Positions 52,167 through 64,000 of a stretch of 64,000 nucleotides of DNA are shown piece after piece (the stretch's first letter is position 1; each line of letters starts with the position of its first letter). This DNA is from Octopus sinensis. Taxonomy: Eukaryota. The notes beneath the pieces are model-generated. The model had not been told where the DNA came from. It did not search any database and was given only the letters and a program-made list of their open reading frames with translations. The stretch covers positions 109,988,001 through 110,052,000 of the forward strand of contig NC_042997.1 in assembly GCF_006345805.1 (NCBI RefSeq). Reading direction: 5' to 3'. The position numbers were made by a program, and so were the translations under genes.

Positions 52167-52421
52167 TCATTGTTCAGTTTTATTTCAAGATTTCTTGTCA
52201 ACAGAGAAAGAACCGGTTTCTAACCCAGATCCAAAGCTCCTTCATTAAAATTTCAACATCAACAACAAGGTATTTTTGTTTGTTTGCATGTATGTATGTA
52301 AGTATGCATGTATGTATGTATATATGTATGTATGTATGTATGTACGTATGTATGTATGTATGTATGTATGTATGCATGTACGTACGTATGTATGCATGTA
52401 TATATGTATTCTGTATATATG

Positions 52422-52455
<34 letters not shown>

Positions 52456-52791
52456 TATATGTATGTATATATGTATGTATTCTGTATATATGTATATATG
52501 TATGTATGTATATATGTATGTATGTCTGTCTGTATGTATGTATGTATGTATGTATGCATGCATGTATGTATGTATGACTGTGCAGATTTGTATGTTTTCT
52601 TTTATGTATGTATTCTCATGCATATAGTTGCATATCTAGACATGCTTATATATACTTAAATGATAAACTTCTGCAAAGTTTTGCATGTTTTTACAGTTCC
52701 AGTGATGGATTGGATCCGTAGTCTTCGAATTAGCTTTCTCCTTTTTGGATTTGAGAAGACTAATTTCTCAAGATTGTTATTTAGGCAGTGT
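52167..52791 (-). mobile_element. 5'-truncated RLE-type LINE 3' end with an internal (CATA)n in the 3' UTR
   Basis: CLNNNLEKLVFSNPKRRKLIRRLRIQSITGTVKTCKTLQKFII*, then a 3' UTR matching 55575-55896. Confidence 0.9.
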
Positions 52792-53369
52792 ATGTATGTA
52801 TGTATGTATGTATGTATGTATGTATGTATGTATGTATGTATGTATGTATTCATGTATGTATGTATGTATGTATGTATGTATGTATGTATGTATGTATAAA
52901 CATGCGTACACAGAGCTATTTGAAGCTGTTTAACCGCCGACAGCCAATCCATATTTTCTGCCAATACATATTGGCAATTCACAGTTCATACTAAATAATA
53001 TTGTTTTTATAATATTCACTAAACACAAATAGAAGAGTACATAAAAGCGTCTGTGTGTGTGTGTGCGTGTGTGCGTGTGTGTGCGTGTGTATGTTTGTGT
53101 GTGTGTGTACAACCTACTGCATACATCAGTTATATGTTTGACATGTGGCGTATGTTGATTGTATACATTGGTGTAGATGAGTGATTCATTGTTTGCATGA
53201 GGCGGACATAGTAATTAAAACGACGAAACGTTCGATGAATATCTGGTCTTCACAAATCCATATGATGTTTATCAGTTGCACGCATACACACGCACACGCT
53301 AATAAACTCGCTAATAAACACAATATACACACACGCACACGTTCACGCACAAACGGAGAGAGAGAGAAT

Positions 53370-53411
<42 letters not shown>

Positions 53412-53468
53412 AGGGAAATGGATTGACTATTTGTGAATCTGCCAGTCATGAATATAACATGTATATAT

Positions 53469-53696
53469 GGCGAGCTGGCAGAAACGTTAGCACGCCGGGT
53501 GAAATGCTTTGCGGTATTTCGTCCGCCGCTGCGTTCTGAGTTCAAATTCCGCCGAGTTCGACTTGGCCTTTCATTTTGTTCGGGGTCGATAAATTAAGTA
53601 CCAGTTACGCACTGGGGTCGATATAATCGACTTAATCCGTTTGTCTGTCCTTGTTTGTCCCCTCTATGTTTAGCCCCTTGTGGGTAGTAAAGAAAT
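53469..53696 (+). mobile_element. Full-length SINE F1-A
   Basis: As 9960-10192. Confidence 0.93.
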
Positions 53697-53744
53697 ATAT
53701 ATACTTACCTAAATACATCCATACATACACATACAGTCATACAT

Positions 53745-54056
53745 TGGGACGATTGCATCCAGAATTAAATCATTTTACTGCGAAGCAACTACGCCAACAA
53801 GCAACGTTTGTAAAACATAAAAAGAAGGTGTGTAACTGTAACTTTATTAAGAAATTGAAAATTATCCTTCTTCCCAACTCTTTAAAGAAAAATGAAAACG
53901 TGAATGATATAAGATGACCACGTGGTTTCACAGCTAGCGACAGTCCAACTGATTCTACAGTGCCTGCCAGCCAAACTACATTACTGGCTCAAGTAACTGA
54001 CCATTGTCCCTCTACTACGACAATAGTAAATAGCAGGCACAACCGCAACGATTATG

Positions 54057-54132
<76 letters not shown>

Positions 54133-55896
54133 AGTAGTGGTGGTGGTGGTGGTCAGGATTATATGCCGGTAAAATGTGCCCTTACTGAAATTTTAGGAGA
54201 AAAAATAACTTTGGCTTTGAAGGACTCTCTCGAAGAGAGAGTATTCTCTACCAAAGTAAGTATAAAAAACCCACCAGATACGGTATTAAAAGCTGTTAAC
54301 GAAATTGGGGATAAGTATCTACAACAATATGAGGAACCCACATTCTGGCAGATTAACGCCAGTCTGACATATGCTCTGGCTACAACTGTAAAACAGTACA
54401 TGAACGATATTCAAAAAGTAAGCAAAACCGTAATAACAAAGACAGTACCATCATGGGTTTTGAAGACAGAGAAAAAGATAACTGGTTTACGGAAGACCAT
54501 CAGCCATTTAATGATGCTTATTGCATGCAAACAAGCAAATCATAATACGTCCCACCAATAGAAAGTAAAGGAGATAGAAATAATGTTTGGGGGCAGCAAA
54601 AAGGGGACTCTCACTTGCAAACTGATTACTCTCAAGCAGGAGCTAAAAGCTGCGAGGCAGCAGTATGCAGATACATGAGAGGAGGAGCAGTAAACATCAC
54701 GGAAGCCCTTTCACGAGAAGACATAGACTCTTCCTGGAGGAAAATCTGCAGCGAAGTGAAGGAATTTAACCAAGATGCTCTGTGGCTGGAAGATATGTAA
54801 TACTCATGCATTACATCCAAGATATACAACATTGATGGTGGAACTCTTGCAACTGCGATCCAGAAACTGCAGGATAGAAAAGCACGTGGAGGAAATTGGA
54901 GTGTTGGATATTGGTAGAAGAAGCTAACCTTCTACCGACCATAACATCTGTACCAGCAAGCTTTTATTGCGAACAGTAGCATACCACACTGGTTAGCTCT
55001 GGCAGAGACAAAATTGATCCCCAAATGCAGAACCACCCAAATAACAAAAAACTACCGCCCAATTGTATGCCAGAATTTAATGTATAATATATTTACAGCG
55101 TGGTTAAACCTCTTCCACCAGGACCATTGTGAAACCAATTACATTATCACAGCAGAACGAGCAGCTGGGAAGAAGGGAGTCTGGGGATGTGCCGAGCAAT
55201 TTTTAATCAGCAAAACTGATGTCAGAGGTGCGAGAGCATTGGAAGAATTTAGTTTCAATGTGACTAGATTACAAGAAGTCCTTTGACTCTGTTCCCCACT
55301 CATGCATGCTAGAAGACCTACGGCTTGCTAATGTTCCAGTGAAAATAGTCAAAACCATAGCCGACCTGACTTCATCGTGGGCTACCATCTTGAAATTAAA
55401 AGTTCAGGTTTATACCTGTAATTATTTGGGCCCTGGGATATGTAACACACTGCCTAGATACTAATCTTGAGAAATCAAGCTTATCAAAACCAGAAAGGAG
55501 AAAGCTAATTCGAAGACTGCAGATCCAATCCATCACTGGCACTGTAAAAATCTATAAAACTTTGCAGAAGTTTATCATTTAAATATATCTGAGCATATCA
55601 CGATATGTAGCTATATGCATGAGAATACATACATAAAACATACAAATCTGCACATACATACATACATACATACATACATACATACATACATACATACATA
55701 CATACATACATACATACATACATACATTCATACATACATACATACATACATACATACATACATACATACATACATACATACATACAAAAATGCCCTGTTG
55801 TTGATGCTGAAATTCCAACGAAAGGACTTTGAATCTATGTTAAAAACTGGTTCTTTCTCTATTGGCAAGAAATCTTGAAATAAAACTAAATAATGA
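53745..55896 (+). mobile_element. R4/Dong-like RT-RLE LINE with a large internal deletion near 55405
   Basis: N-terminal HPELNHFTAKQLRQQATFV; RT TKLIPK...KNYRPIVCQNLMY, LDYKKSFDSVPH; then jumps to FIPVIIWALGYVTHCL...LQKFII*; 3' UTR with (CATA)n; an internal (AGT)n expansion. Confidence 0.88.
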
Positions 55897-56854
55897 CATA
55901 CATACATATGCACATACACATACATGCATACACACATACATGTGTGTAAATGTGTGTGTGTGTCTATGTATGTATGTATGTATGTATGTATGTATGTATG
56001 TATGTATGTATGTATGTATGTATGTATGTATGTACGTATGTAGTACGTATGTATGTATGTAAGAATGTATATGAAATTTGTGTGCATTATGAATGGGTGT
56101 ACACGTTCGTCTTTCCTGCTTCTTAAGCATATTTCATGGAGCAATGCTAAGACGGTCCTGAAGCCCGCGTTCAGATAAGATAATTAGCGAATGGCAGATA
56201 AGGAATATGAAAGAAAATGATGGAAAGTTATAGTAATGTAGAGGGACTTCTTATAATGAGCCAGAAACGACAGAAGAAGAGAAGGAAAAAGAGGCTGGGT
56301 AGAGATTTGTTAGATAATAGAGAAAGTAGGACGGAAATATATGTAGGTGAAAGAGTGGAAAGAAGAGACGTGCATCTCTAGATGCTCATAGTTATAAATA
56401 CGTGTGCATATATATATATATATATTGTTGTCAAGTGGTGGCAGTGGTGGTAGAGGTATCGGGGGAACAATCACACGCACACATACACACATTCACTTTG
56501 GACTGTATTATAGTGAAAAGGTGAGAGCCAGATATGCCCTGGATATGCCCTGGATGGAAAACGGGGCATTTCTCTCTATCTATCTATCTCTCTGTCTCTC
56601 TCTATCTATCTATCTATCTCTCCTTCTTTCTCTCTCCCTCTTTCTCTCTCTCCCCCTCTCTCCCTCTCTCTCTCTATATATATATGTTTGTATGTATATG
56701 TATACGTGTGTCTATGTGTGTTTGTGTGTGTGTATATGTTCGTGTGGATGTATGTGTGAATACGTGTATATATGTGTTTATTTTCTGAATATATGAGGTT
56801 ATATGTATCTATATATTTATATATATATATATATATCTAGATATATATATATAT

Positions 56855-57098
56855 ATCATTGCTATTATATTAAACTGTCGTATGTCCAAAGTTGGCCAAA
56901 TGCACCTTTTTCAATATTTATCTTTGTTTGCAATAGCCGGGTCTTTTGGTCAAACTATCGTATCTCCAGCTGCTTAAGATGCCAAGAGATCCAAAGTTAT
57001 CTAAGTGTAGTACAATGGTTTTCCTATGGGATAGTGAAACTATCTTTTAGTTTTCTGAAACAGCAAAGTTATGGACTTTTTTGCATAATAGCAACGAT
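56855..57098. mobile_element. MITE, copy 2 of the ATCGTTGCTATTATG family
   Basis: Homologous to 32661-32912; TA on both sides. Confidence 0.85.
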
Positions 57099-57283
57099 AC
57101 GTATGATGTGAGTGTGTATGTGTGTGTGTGTTTTGGAATTGCTTCTCGAAGTATATATAAAGTTATAAACAATAACATAAAAATTGAGTTGAAAACCTCT
57201 TTTGGATAGAAAACTTCGAAGTCTGTCCGTGAGTCTTGAACCCGCAACCCCTGTAGGACCGCTGCTCAAATATTTAAACAGTA

Positions 57284-57682
57284 AATAATTATAATTAAGG
57301 GTTAATTGCAACAAGTTGCTCAAAACCACATACCGAAAATATTAGCAGCCAAAATTGATCACTATTTCCTCTACTAATAAAAAGTCTCCACAAACAAACA
57401 GAATTTGTAAGCTGTATATGGCAAAAAAGGCAGAAAATAACGAAATCCCAGCCTATGGATTAATTATAGACGAATCGTGTCTGGATTAGAACCGAAGGTT
57501 CATTTAGGCTGGGATTTCGTTATTTTCTGCCTTTTTTGCCATATACAGCTTACAAATTCTGTTTGTTTGTGGAGACTTTTTATTAGTAGAGGAAATAGTG
57601 ATCAATTTTGGCTGCTGTTTCTAATATTTTCGGTATGTGGTTTTGAGCAACTTGTTGCAATTAACCCTTAATTATAATTATT
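57284..57682. repeat. Long palindrome, 172/178-bp arms, 49-nt spacer
   Basis: 57284-57455 versus the reverse complement of 57505-57682: no substitutions, one 6-bp indel (AAACAG). Confidence 0.95.
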
Positions 57683-58029
57683 GTAACCCTTACCAAATAT
57701 GGTCTTTTCCATACCGATAAATCTACTAGGTGAAATTGATTAATTTTATTAAATTAATTATATTCCACCCTTTATTGCATATTAAACAGTAAATAATATA
57801 TTTGTTGAAATGCACAAGGCCCGATCAAACTGGAGTTAATTGAAAAGGGCCGCACTGAGCGACGTTTATTATTTATAATTTCTATTAAAGACCCGTCCTT
57901 TGGGCGTCTTATTTAGACTGGTTCTTGCAAAGGATTTTTGGAAGTTTGGCCTAAAAGACACTCTACGGAATTGCAGAAATGAAGAACGCATGAGCAAATA
58001 TCAATAACTTCTTTTCTTTTCTTGTTTTT

Positions 58030-58410
58030 ACTTCTTTTAGTCATTAGACTACGGCCATACTGGGACAGCGCCTTGAAGACTCTTTGGTCGAAAGAATCGA
58101 CACGAGTAATTCGTCTTTTACAATTTTTTTAATGCCTTGTACTCTTTTGCCGAACCACTAAGTTACAGGGACGCAAACACACCAACACCGGTCGTCAAGC
58201 GATTGTCGGGTAAGAACACAAACACAAGATACATACAACCACACACATGCACATATACATATGTGTGTCTGTGTGCATGCGTGCGCGTGTGCGTGTGTGT
58301 CTGTGCGTAAACGGTGGCTTTCTCTGAGTTTCCGTCAGCAAATTCAATTCACAAGGCCTTGGTTGTCCGCGGCTCTAAGTAGGGGACCACCTGCCAAGGT
58401 GCCACGCCAG
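58030..58410 (-). mobile_element. Older SINE F2 copy lacking the head
   Basis: GTCATTAGACTACGGCCATACTGG...GCCGAACCACTAAGTTAC...CCAAGGTGCCACG. Confidence 0.8.
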
Positions 58411-58671
58411 CGCCTTTATTTACAAAAGTAAAATATATGATGGGAATATTTGTTGAATCGTAACTTCACTTGGATTTCTTCTCAGCTTTTTGCTGGAAAC
58501 CATTTCTGCATCTGTTGTAAAATTCCTTTGTCCAGTTTTAATCAAAATGAACCGGAAGTAATGGGGATACAGGCCTCAGCATTCTGCAGGTCGTAAGAAG
58601 TAAGCAAAGGTGTTATAGAATGCTGAAGTGTTGCAGATACACACACACATGCTCACACACATGCACACACA

Positions 58672-58727
<56 letters not shown>

Positions 58728-60858
58728 CTATGTGCATATATGTCTAGCATGTGTATGTTCTTGTATGTATACATATATTGTGTGTATGCCGTCTGTTTCA
58801 TTCTATGCTCTTTCATGTCTCTCATTCCCTCTTTCTCTTTCTCTTTAGAAACACACTCGCATGCGAGCACACATGCACATATATAGGTGTGTGTGTGTGT
58901 CTGTGTGTGTACGTGTGTCTGTCTGTCTGTCTGAGTATACCATGTGCGCGCATATTAATAGTAAAGTTGGAGTAAACGATAACGATAAGTAAAAAAAAAT
59001 GGCTGCTGCAATGCACCGGTTTTTATTGTTGTGGCATTAAGTTATCTACTGATCGACAGGATGGCGCCATTGCGACCGGGTGTAAAGCTACCAAAATCTG
59101 ATCTGGATTTCTTCATTCCTCCTCTGCACCCACCCCACACCCGCCCACTCCTAAATACGTGAGGGACTTAAGTGGTAGAAGAGAAAAATATCTCCATTTA
59201 CCTAACTTCTTCCTCCATTTAAACAGCATCGTTTAATTTCCTTATTGTTAAGTAAGAGCTGTTGTAGTTGTCGCCATTTTGGCTGTGCTTACTGTTGTTG
59301 TTGTTGTTGTTGTTGTCGTCACTATTTTGGCTGTGTTCATTGTTGTCGCCATTATTATTGTTTGTAGTTTTATATTTGTGTTCTTGCTAATATTGCTCCA
59401 ATTTCTGTCGGAGGTCATAATCCCTCTAGGTTTGCCTGCTTTGCAAGTCTTCAAGCAGTTTCCTTTTTCTTCTCCAAGGATTATTCTCCCCTCCTTGTTT
59501 TTCATTTCTCTATTGTATTTACCAATTTTTATTTTGTTATATTTTTATCATATTTTCTCCGGTTATCGATTTCATGTCATCTTTTCACCTTTATTTCATC
59601 TTTTATTTTTACTTTTCAATCACACATACACACACTCTCTCTCCCCCTCTCTCTCCTCTCTCGCCCTCTCCCCCTCTCTCTCTTTCTCACTCTCACTCCC
59701 TCCTTAATTGAAAATATCACAGTTGAAAATATCCCACCACATACAGCCACAATATGTGTGCAGCTACACCTCCAATTTTCTTAATTCTTAATCCCGTTAT
59801 AGGTATTTTGCACGTCTGCCAATAAACGCATATTCCCACCCCCACCCCCAGCCCACCCACATGCCTACACATTTTAATCTATTCTGGCTTAGAGGTAATC
59901 ATTTATCCAAAGTTGCTGACATCTGAGTAATAGCAACGGAATATCATTGTATTATTAACTAGCGAATCATAAATATTTTTGAGTGATGAATGTTCGATGT
60001 TAAAGAAAATCCGTACAATGATTAAAGATTACGAAAATAAAGATCATTCATTGATTCTATTATTGGTGGAGATCGATACTAAAGCGATATTAAAAATATC
60101 GCATGTTTAATTGAACGAAGCGGAATACACGGATAGCAACAATTTGCTTGGCTGATAAATCAAATCTGTCGACGATACATAATATTGGTTTCATACACAA
60201 AAAGTATGTCAAACCTTACAGTCATACCCCAGAGCAAGTGGGCAACAATAGTTAATACACCAATCCAGATTATGGTCCTATCGTGACCGCCAGGGTCAAT
60301 GTAGCTGTCAGGCCAAATGTTATCGAATCTACGAATGTCTGAGAAGTGGTATATGATTTGGTCAGCTAATGTTACTTAAAATGGTCCTATTGCAATGTTG
60401 TGTTCTGTAGAATATAATTTGTTCTTGTATATATTCAAGAAATGTTAAAATAATTCCAGGAGTTGGTCAATGTTAAAAAGCTAATCATGTTTTTTTCAAA
60501 TGATACATGTAGATATGGTTTTTCCTGATTTAACTTCTGTAGATTTCGTGGTTAAAAAAACTGTGGCCTCTGCTCTCAAAACCTCGCAGTAAGATATATT
60601 TCTGATTGGAAGTTTAGAGACATATGTCTGGAACAGAAATCCGACGACCAACTTTTAATTTATTTTCGATTAGTTTAGGCCATAAAAAGCATAAATAAAC
60701 CAGTGGCCGAACCAATGAAGGAACATTTAGACAGTCACGTAACATTCTTTTGTTATGCTAAACTTTCTATAATGTGATCTTGAGAATATTGTGTTCAGTA
60801 GAAAATCGAGGCCTGAATACTTATTACTATAGTTCTTCCCAACCAGAGTTGCCATACC

Positions 60859-61092
60859 TATTTCTTTACTACCCACAAGGGGCTAAACACAGAGGGGACA
60901 AACAATGACAGACAAACAGATTAAGTTGATTACATCGATCCCAGTACGTAACTGGTACTTAATTTATCGACCACGAAAGGATGAAAGCCAAAGTCGACCT
61001 CGGCGAAATTTGAACTCAGAACGTAGCGGCAGACGAAACATGGCTACGCATTTCGCCCGGCGTGCTAACGTTTCTGCCAGCTAGCCGCTTTA
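60859..61092 (-). mobile_element. Full-length SINE F1-A with a 14-bp TSD
   Basis: AGAGTTGC(C/T)ATACC at 60845-60858 and 61093-61106. Confidence 0.93.
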
Positions 61093-61807
61093 AGAGTTGC
61101 TATACCGTTAACCATAAACAACAGACTTTTGTAAAGGCAGTGGTTACTTTCGTTGCACAAATGAGTCGACATATTTAAGTCGCTCTTTAAATGATGTTTC
61201 TTGCAAGTTTTGCGGGTTTGTTTCAGTCTGAAGTTAAGACCATTAGAATGGTCATGTTATGAAATTGTTGCTCTCAACAGACAGTTTCTATCTTTGGTAT
61301 CTTGGAAAACCACTCGTAGCTTCAAAAACGAATTTTTGTTTCAATGAAAATATACCTTGGTAATCACATTTAGCGTAGGCACATTTCCTTTCTTTGTTGC
61401 CTGTTATCTCTCAAAATTATTATTAATACATCCATATTTGTTTTGGAATTCATCCTTAATCCATTTTCTATTTCCGGTCAGTAATTCAATCCATCTAAAT
61501 AATTTGAGTTCAAAAGAACATATTTAAACTTTGAAAAATGCAGTTCGCTTTCCCGAGCTATTATTGTTGGCTGCGGTTTTGTAATCTGTATAAGTTGTAA
61601 GAAATATCAAAGACCTCGGTTACGTAGTATATTGGTCTAATCAAACCGAAGATCGTGTTATTGTTCCTACGAAGATCAGGGACTAAACAAACAACTAAAT
61701 CGTGAATAAAATCTCACATCGTTATAACACTACATGAGGTTGGATTTGAACTCAGGACTTTCGACGACAAATATAAAAAACAACATACTATTTTAACCTG
61801 TGTTTTA

Positions 61808-62100
61808 AGACGGCGAGCTAGCAGAAAGGTTAGCAGGCCTGGTGAAACACTTTGATGTATTTTGTCTGTCTTTAAGTTTGAGTTCGACTTTGCCTTTCAT
61901 CCTTTCAGATGTGCCTAGAGTAGAAAAGAGTATTTTAACATGTGTGAAGGTACCTAGACTAGTGGTGAAGGTGATGCACTCAGGATCAAAAGATCGTGGG
62001 TTCCATTCCCGAATCTGTCGCTGCATTGTGTTTTCGAGGGCAAAATGCTTCATTTGACGTTGCTCCAGTCGACGCAGTTGTAAACGAGTTAACCCGTTCA
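61808..62100 (+). mobile_element. Degenerate F1 SINE followed by another tRNA-derived SINE (about 61945-62100)
   Basis: GGCGAGCTAGCAGAAAGG head; second element with CTAGTGGTGAAGG A-box, GGGTTCCATTCC B-box and TTGCTCCAGTCGACGCAG core. Confidence 0.6.
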
Positions 62101-62587
62101 TGAGGCGGCGTTGATCTCGATCACTGATATTCGCCATCGGAACCAGGAAACTGGTCAATTACTCAGGGGATTCGCTAATTAATCACAGATAAATTAAAAG
62201 TTGAAATGTATCATTTTTCTTCCAAAATTTAATTTCATCTCGAAACGGCCATCGTAGCAACGGTAATTAGGCAAACTTTCTAACTTCAATATACATATGT
62301 GTGTGCGCGCGCATGTGTGTGTGTGTATGCAAGTGCGTGTGTGAATGTCTGTGTATGTGTGTATATATGTATATATACATATGTACACACTCACAAACGC
62401 ACTCGCATATATATATATACATATATATACATATATATACATATATATATATATACACATATACATACATATATACATATATATATATATACACATATAT
62501 ATAAGTATATATATTTATGTATGAATACAGGTGTACATATACATAAATGCATGTTATCTCTCTTTGCTTCTCTCTCTCTCTCTCTCT

Positions 62588-62643
<56 letters not shown>

Positions 62644-62745
62644 GCATACATACATACATGCATACATACATACATACATACATACATACATAATACATAC
62701 ATACATACATACATACATACATACATACATACATACATACGTACG

Positions 62746-62795
<50 letters not shown>

Positions 62796-62803
<8 letters not shown>

Positions 62804-63026
62804 GAAATTAGGTACTCAGAAATCCAGTTGGTTTTATATTTACAGATATTTATTAGTATGTTACATGTTTTTATAAATTGAACTATTCAACTTGAAGACT
62901 CCATTAGAATGGACGAAAGCGCTATTATGTATGATATATGACATGATTTATAAAAACATGTAATATACAAATAAATATCTGTAAATATAAAACCATCTAG
63001 ATTTCTGAGTACCTCATTTCTTCTAA

Positions 63027-63028
<2 letters not shown>
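62796..63028. mobile_element. Hairpin element, 83-bp arms, hammerhead-like motif in the loop, within (TA)n
   Basis: 62796-62878 versus the reverse complement of 62946-63028 with 5 mismatches; loop contains CTTGAAGA C TCCAT TAGA ATGGA C GAAA GCGCT A. Confidence 0.8.
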
Positions 63029-63120
<92 letters not shown>

Positions 63121-63121
63121 G

Positions 63122-63155
<34 letters not shown>

Positions 63156-63159
63156 TATA

Positions 63160-64000
63160 CAGTTGCGGCCAAAATGTTCAGAACGGCGTTGTTTTCATCA
63201 GAAAAGTAGGTATAAGTTTTTAACAAAGTTGTTTTATTTTCACAGATAATAAATTAAATATTAATTGTTACTGTCTGAGATTTTGGTGTAATTTGAAAGG
63301 ATAATACAAAAGTTAGGGATGATTTAGTGATTTACTGCAAAACCCATGGCGGTCAAAATGATCAGAATGGTTGAAAAAATAACAAAATAATCAAAAAATG
63401 ACACAGAATACTGGAATTATTTAATATTTAGTGTGAAGCCCTATATGGGTGGTCGCTTAGTTGAATTTCTCAGCACAGGCAAGACACGATCTTTTACAAG
63501 TTGTTTATAAACTCCTGCATTTACCTTTCCCTGTAATCGCACCAAAGGGCCCACACCATCTCCAGATATCACCCCCCAAACCATGACACTTCCTCCACCG
63601 AATTTAACACTAGTCTTAAGGCATTTAGGCGATAATTTTTCACCTACTTTTCCCATCTGAGCCAAATAACATAAACTTAGATTCATCACTGAAATGCACC
63701 GTTTGTCATTTTTCTTAAGACCACAACACATGTTCGGTTGCAAAGGTAAGACGACACTTTTTATTCTTGGAGCTGATCAGTGGCTTCACTGCAGGTGCTC
63801 TTGCTAGTAGGTCATGTTCAACTAAACGACGAGACACAGTTTTTCGAGATAAAGTTTTCTTCAATACAATGCTCATTTTCCGAGAAACAGCAGCAGTAGT
63901 TTTATATCTGTCCTTTTTAATCAACTTTACCATAGCACGATCTTCTCTCTTGGTCGTTTTTTTTGGCCTACCTGTAAACTTTCTTGCTTCACACGAACCA
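63160..64000 (-). mobile_element. Tc1-family transposon (IR/DR type), internally deleted, cut by window edge
   Basis: TA|CAGTTGCGGCCAAAATGTTCAGAACGG TIR; transposase ...TVSRRLVEHDLLARAPAVKPLIS...VKFGGGSVMVWGVISGDGVGPL...; the second and third catalytic motifs are deleted near 63445. Confidence 0.93.

Overview
This is repeat-saturated, AT-rich animal genomic DNA, most likely an octopus (inferred from the SINE families and the microsatellite load; not verifiable here). It reads as intronic or intergenic. I could not support any intact host protein-coding gene, rRNA, true tRNA gene or CRISPR array, and almost every ORF in the supplied track is a microsatellite read-through. The window contains: at least four tRNA-derived SINE families (about 25 copies, several nested with target-site duplications); decayed non-LTR retrotransposons (RTE, Tx1/L1, several R4/Dong-type RT-RLE elements, CR1); Tc1/mariner relics; MITE-like or fold-back palindromes; and Penelope-like terminal repeats carrying degenerate hammerhead-ribozyme cores. 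The best leads are: (i) hammerhead-core small elements, one fused to an antisense tRNA-like half and one in the loop of a long hairpin; (ii) a SINE that shares its 3' tail with a Tx1-type LINE and repeatedly inserts at ATACC, often inside its own family; (iii) LINE families sitting in specific microsatellites (GATA, TAA, CATA); (iv) fold-back palindromes, one with about 172-bp arms and no substitutions. None of these is proven novel; all need database and expression checks.
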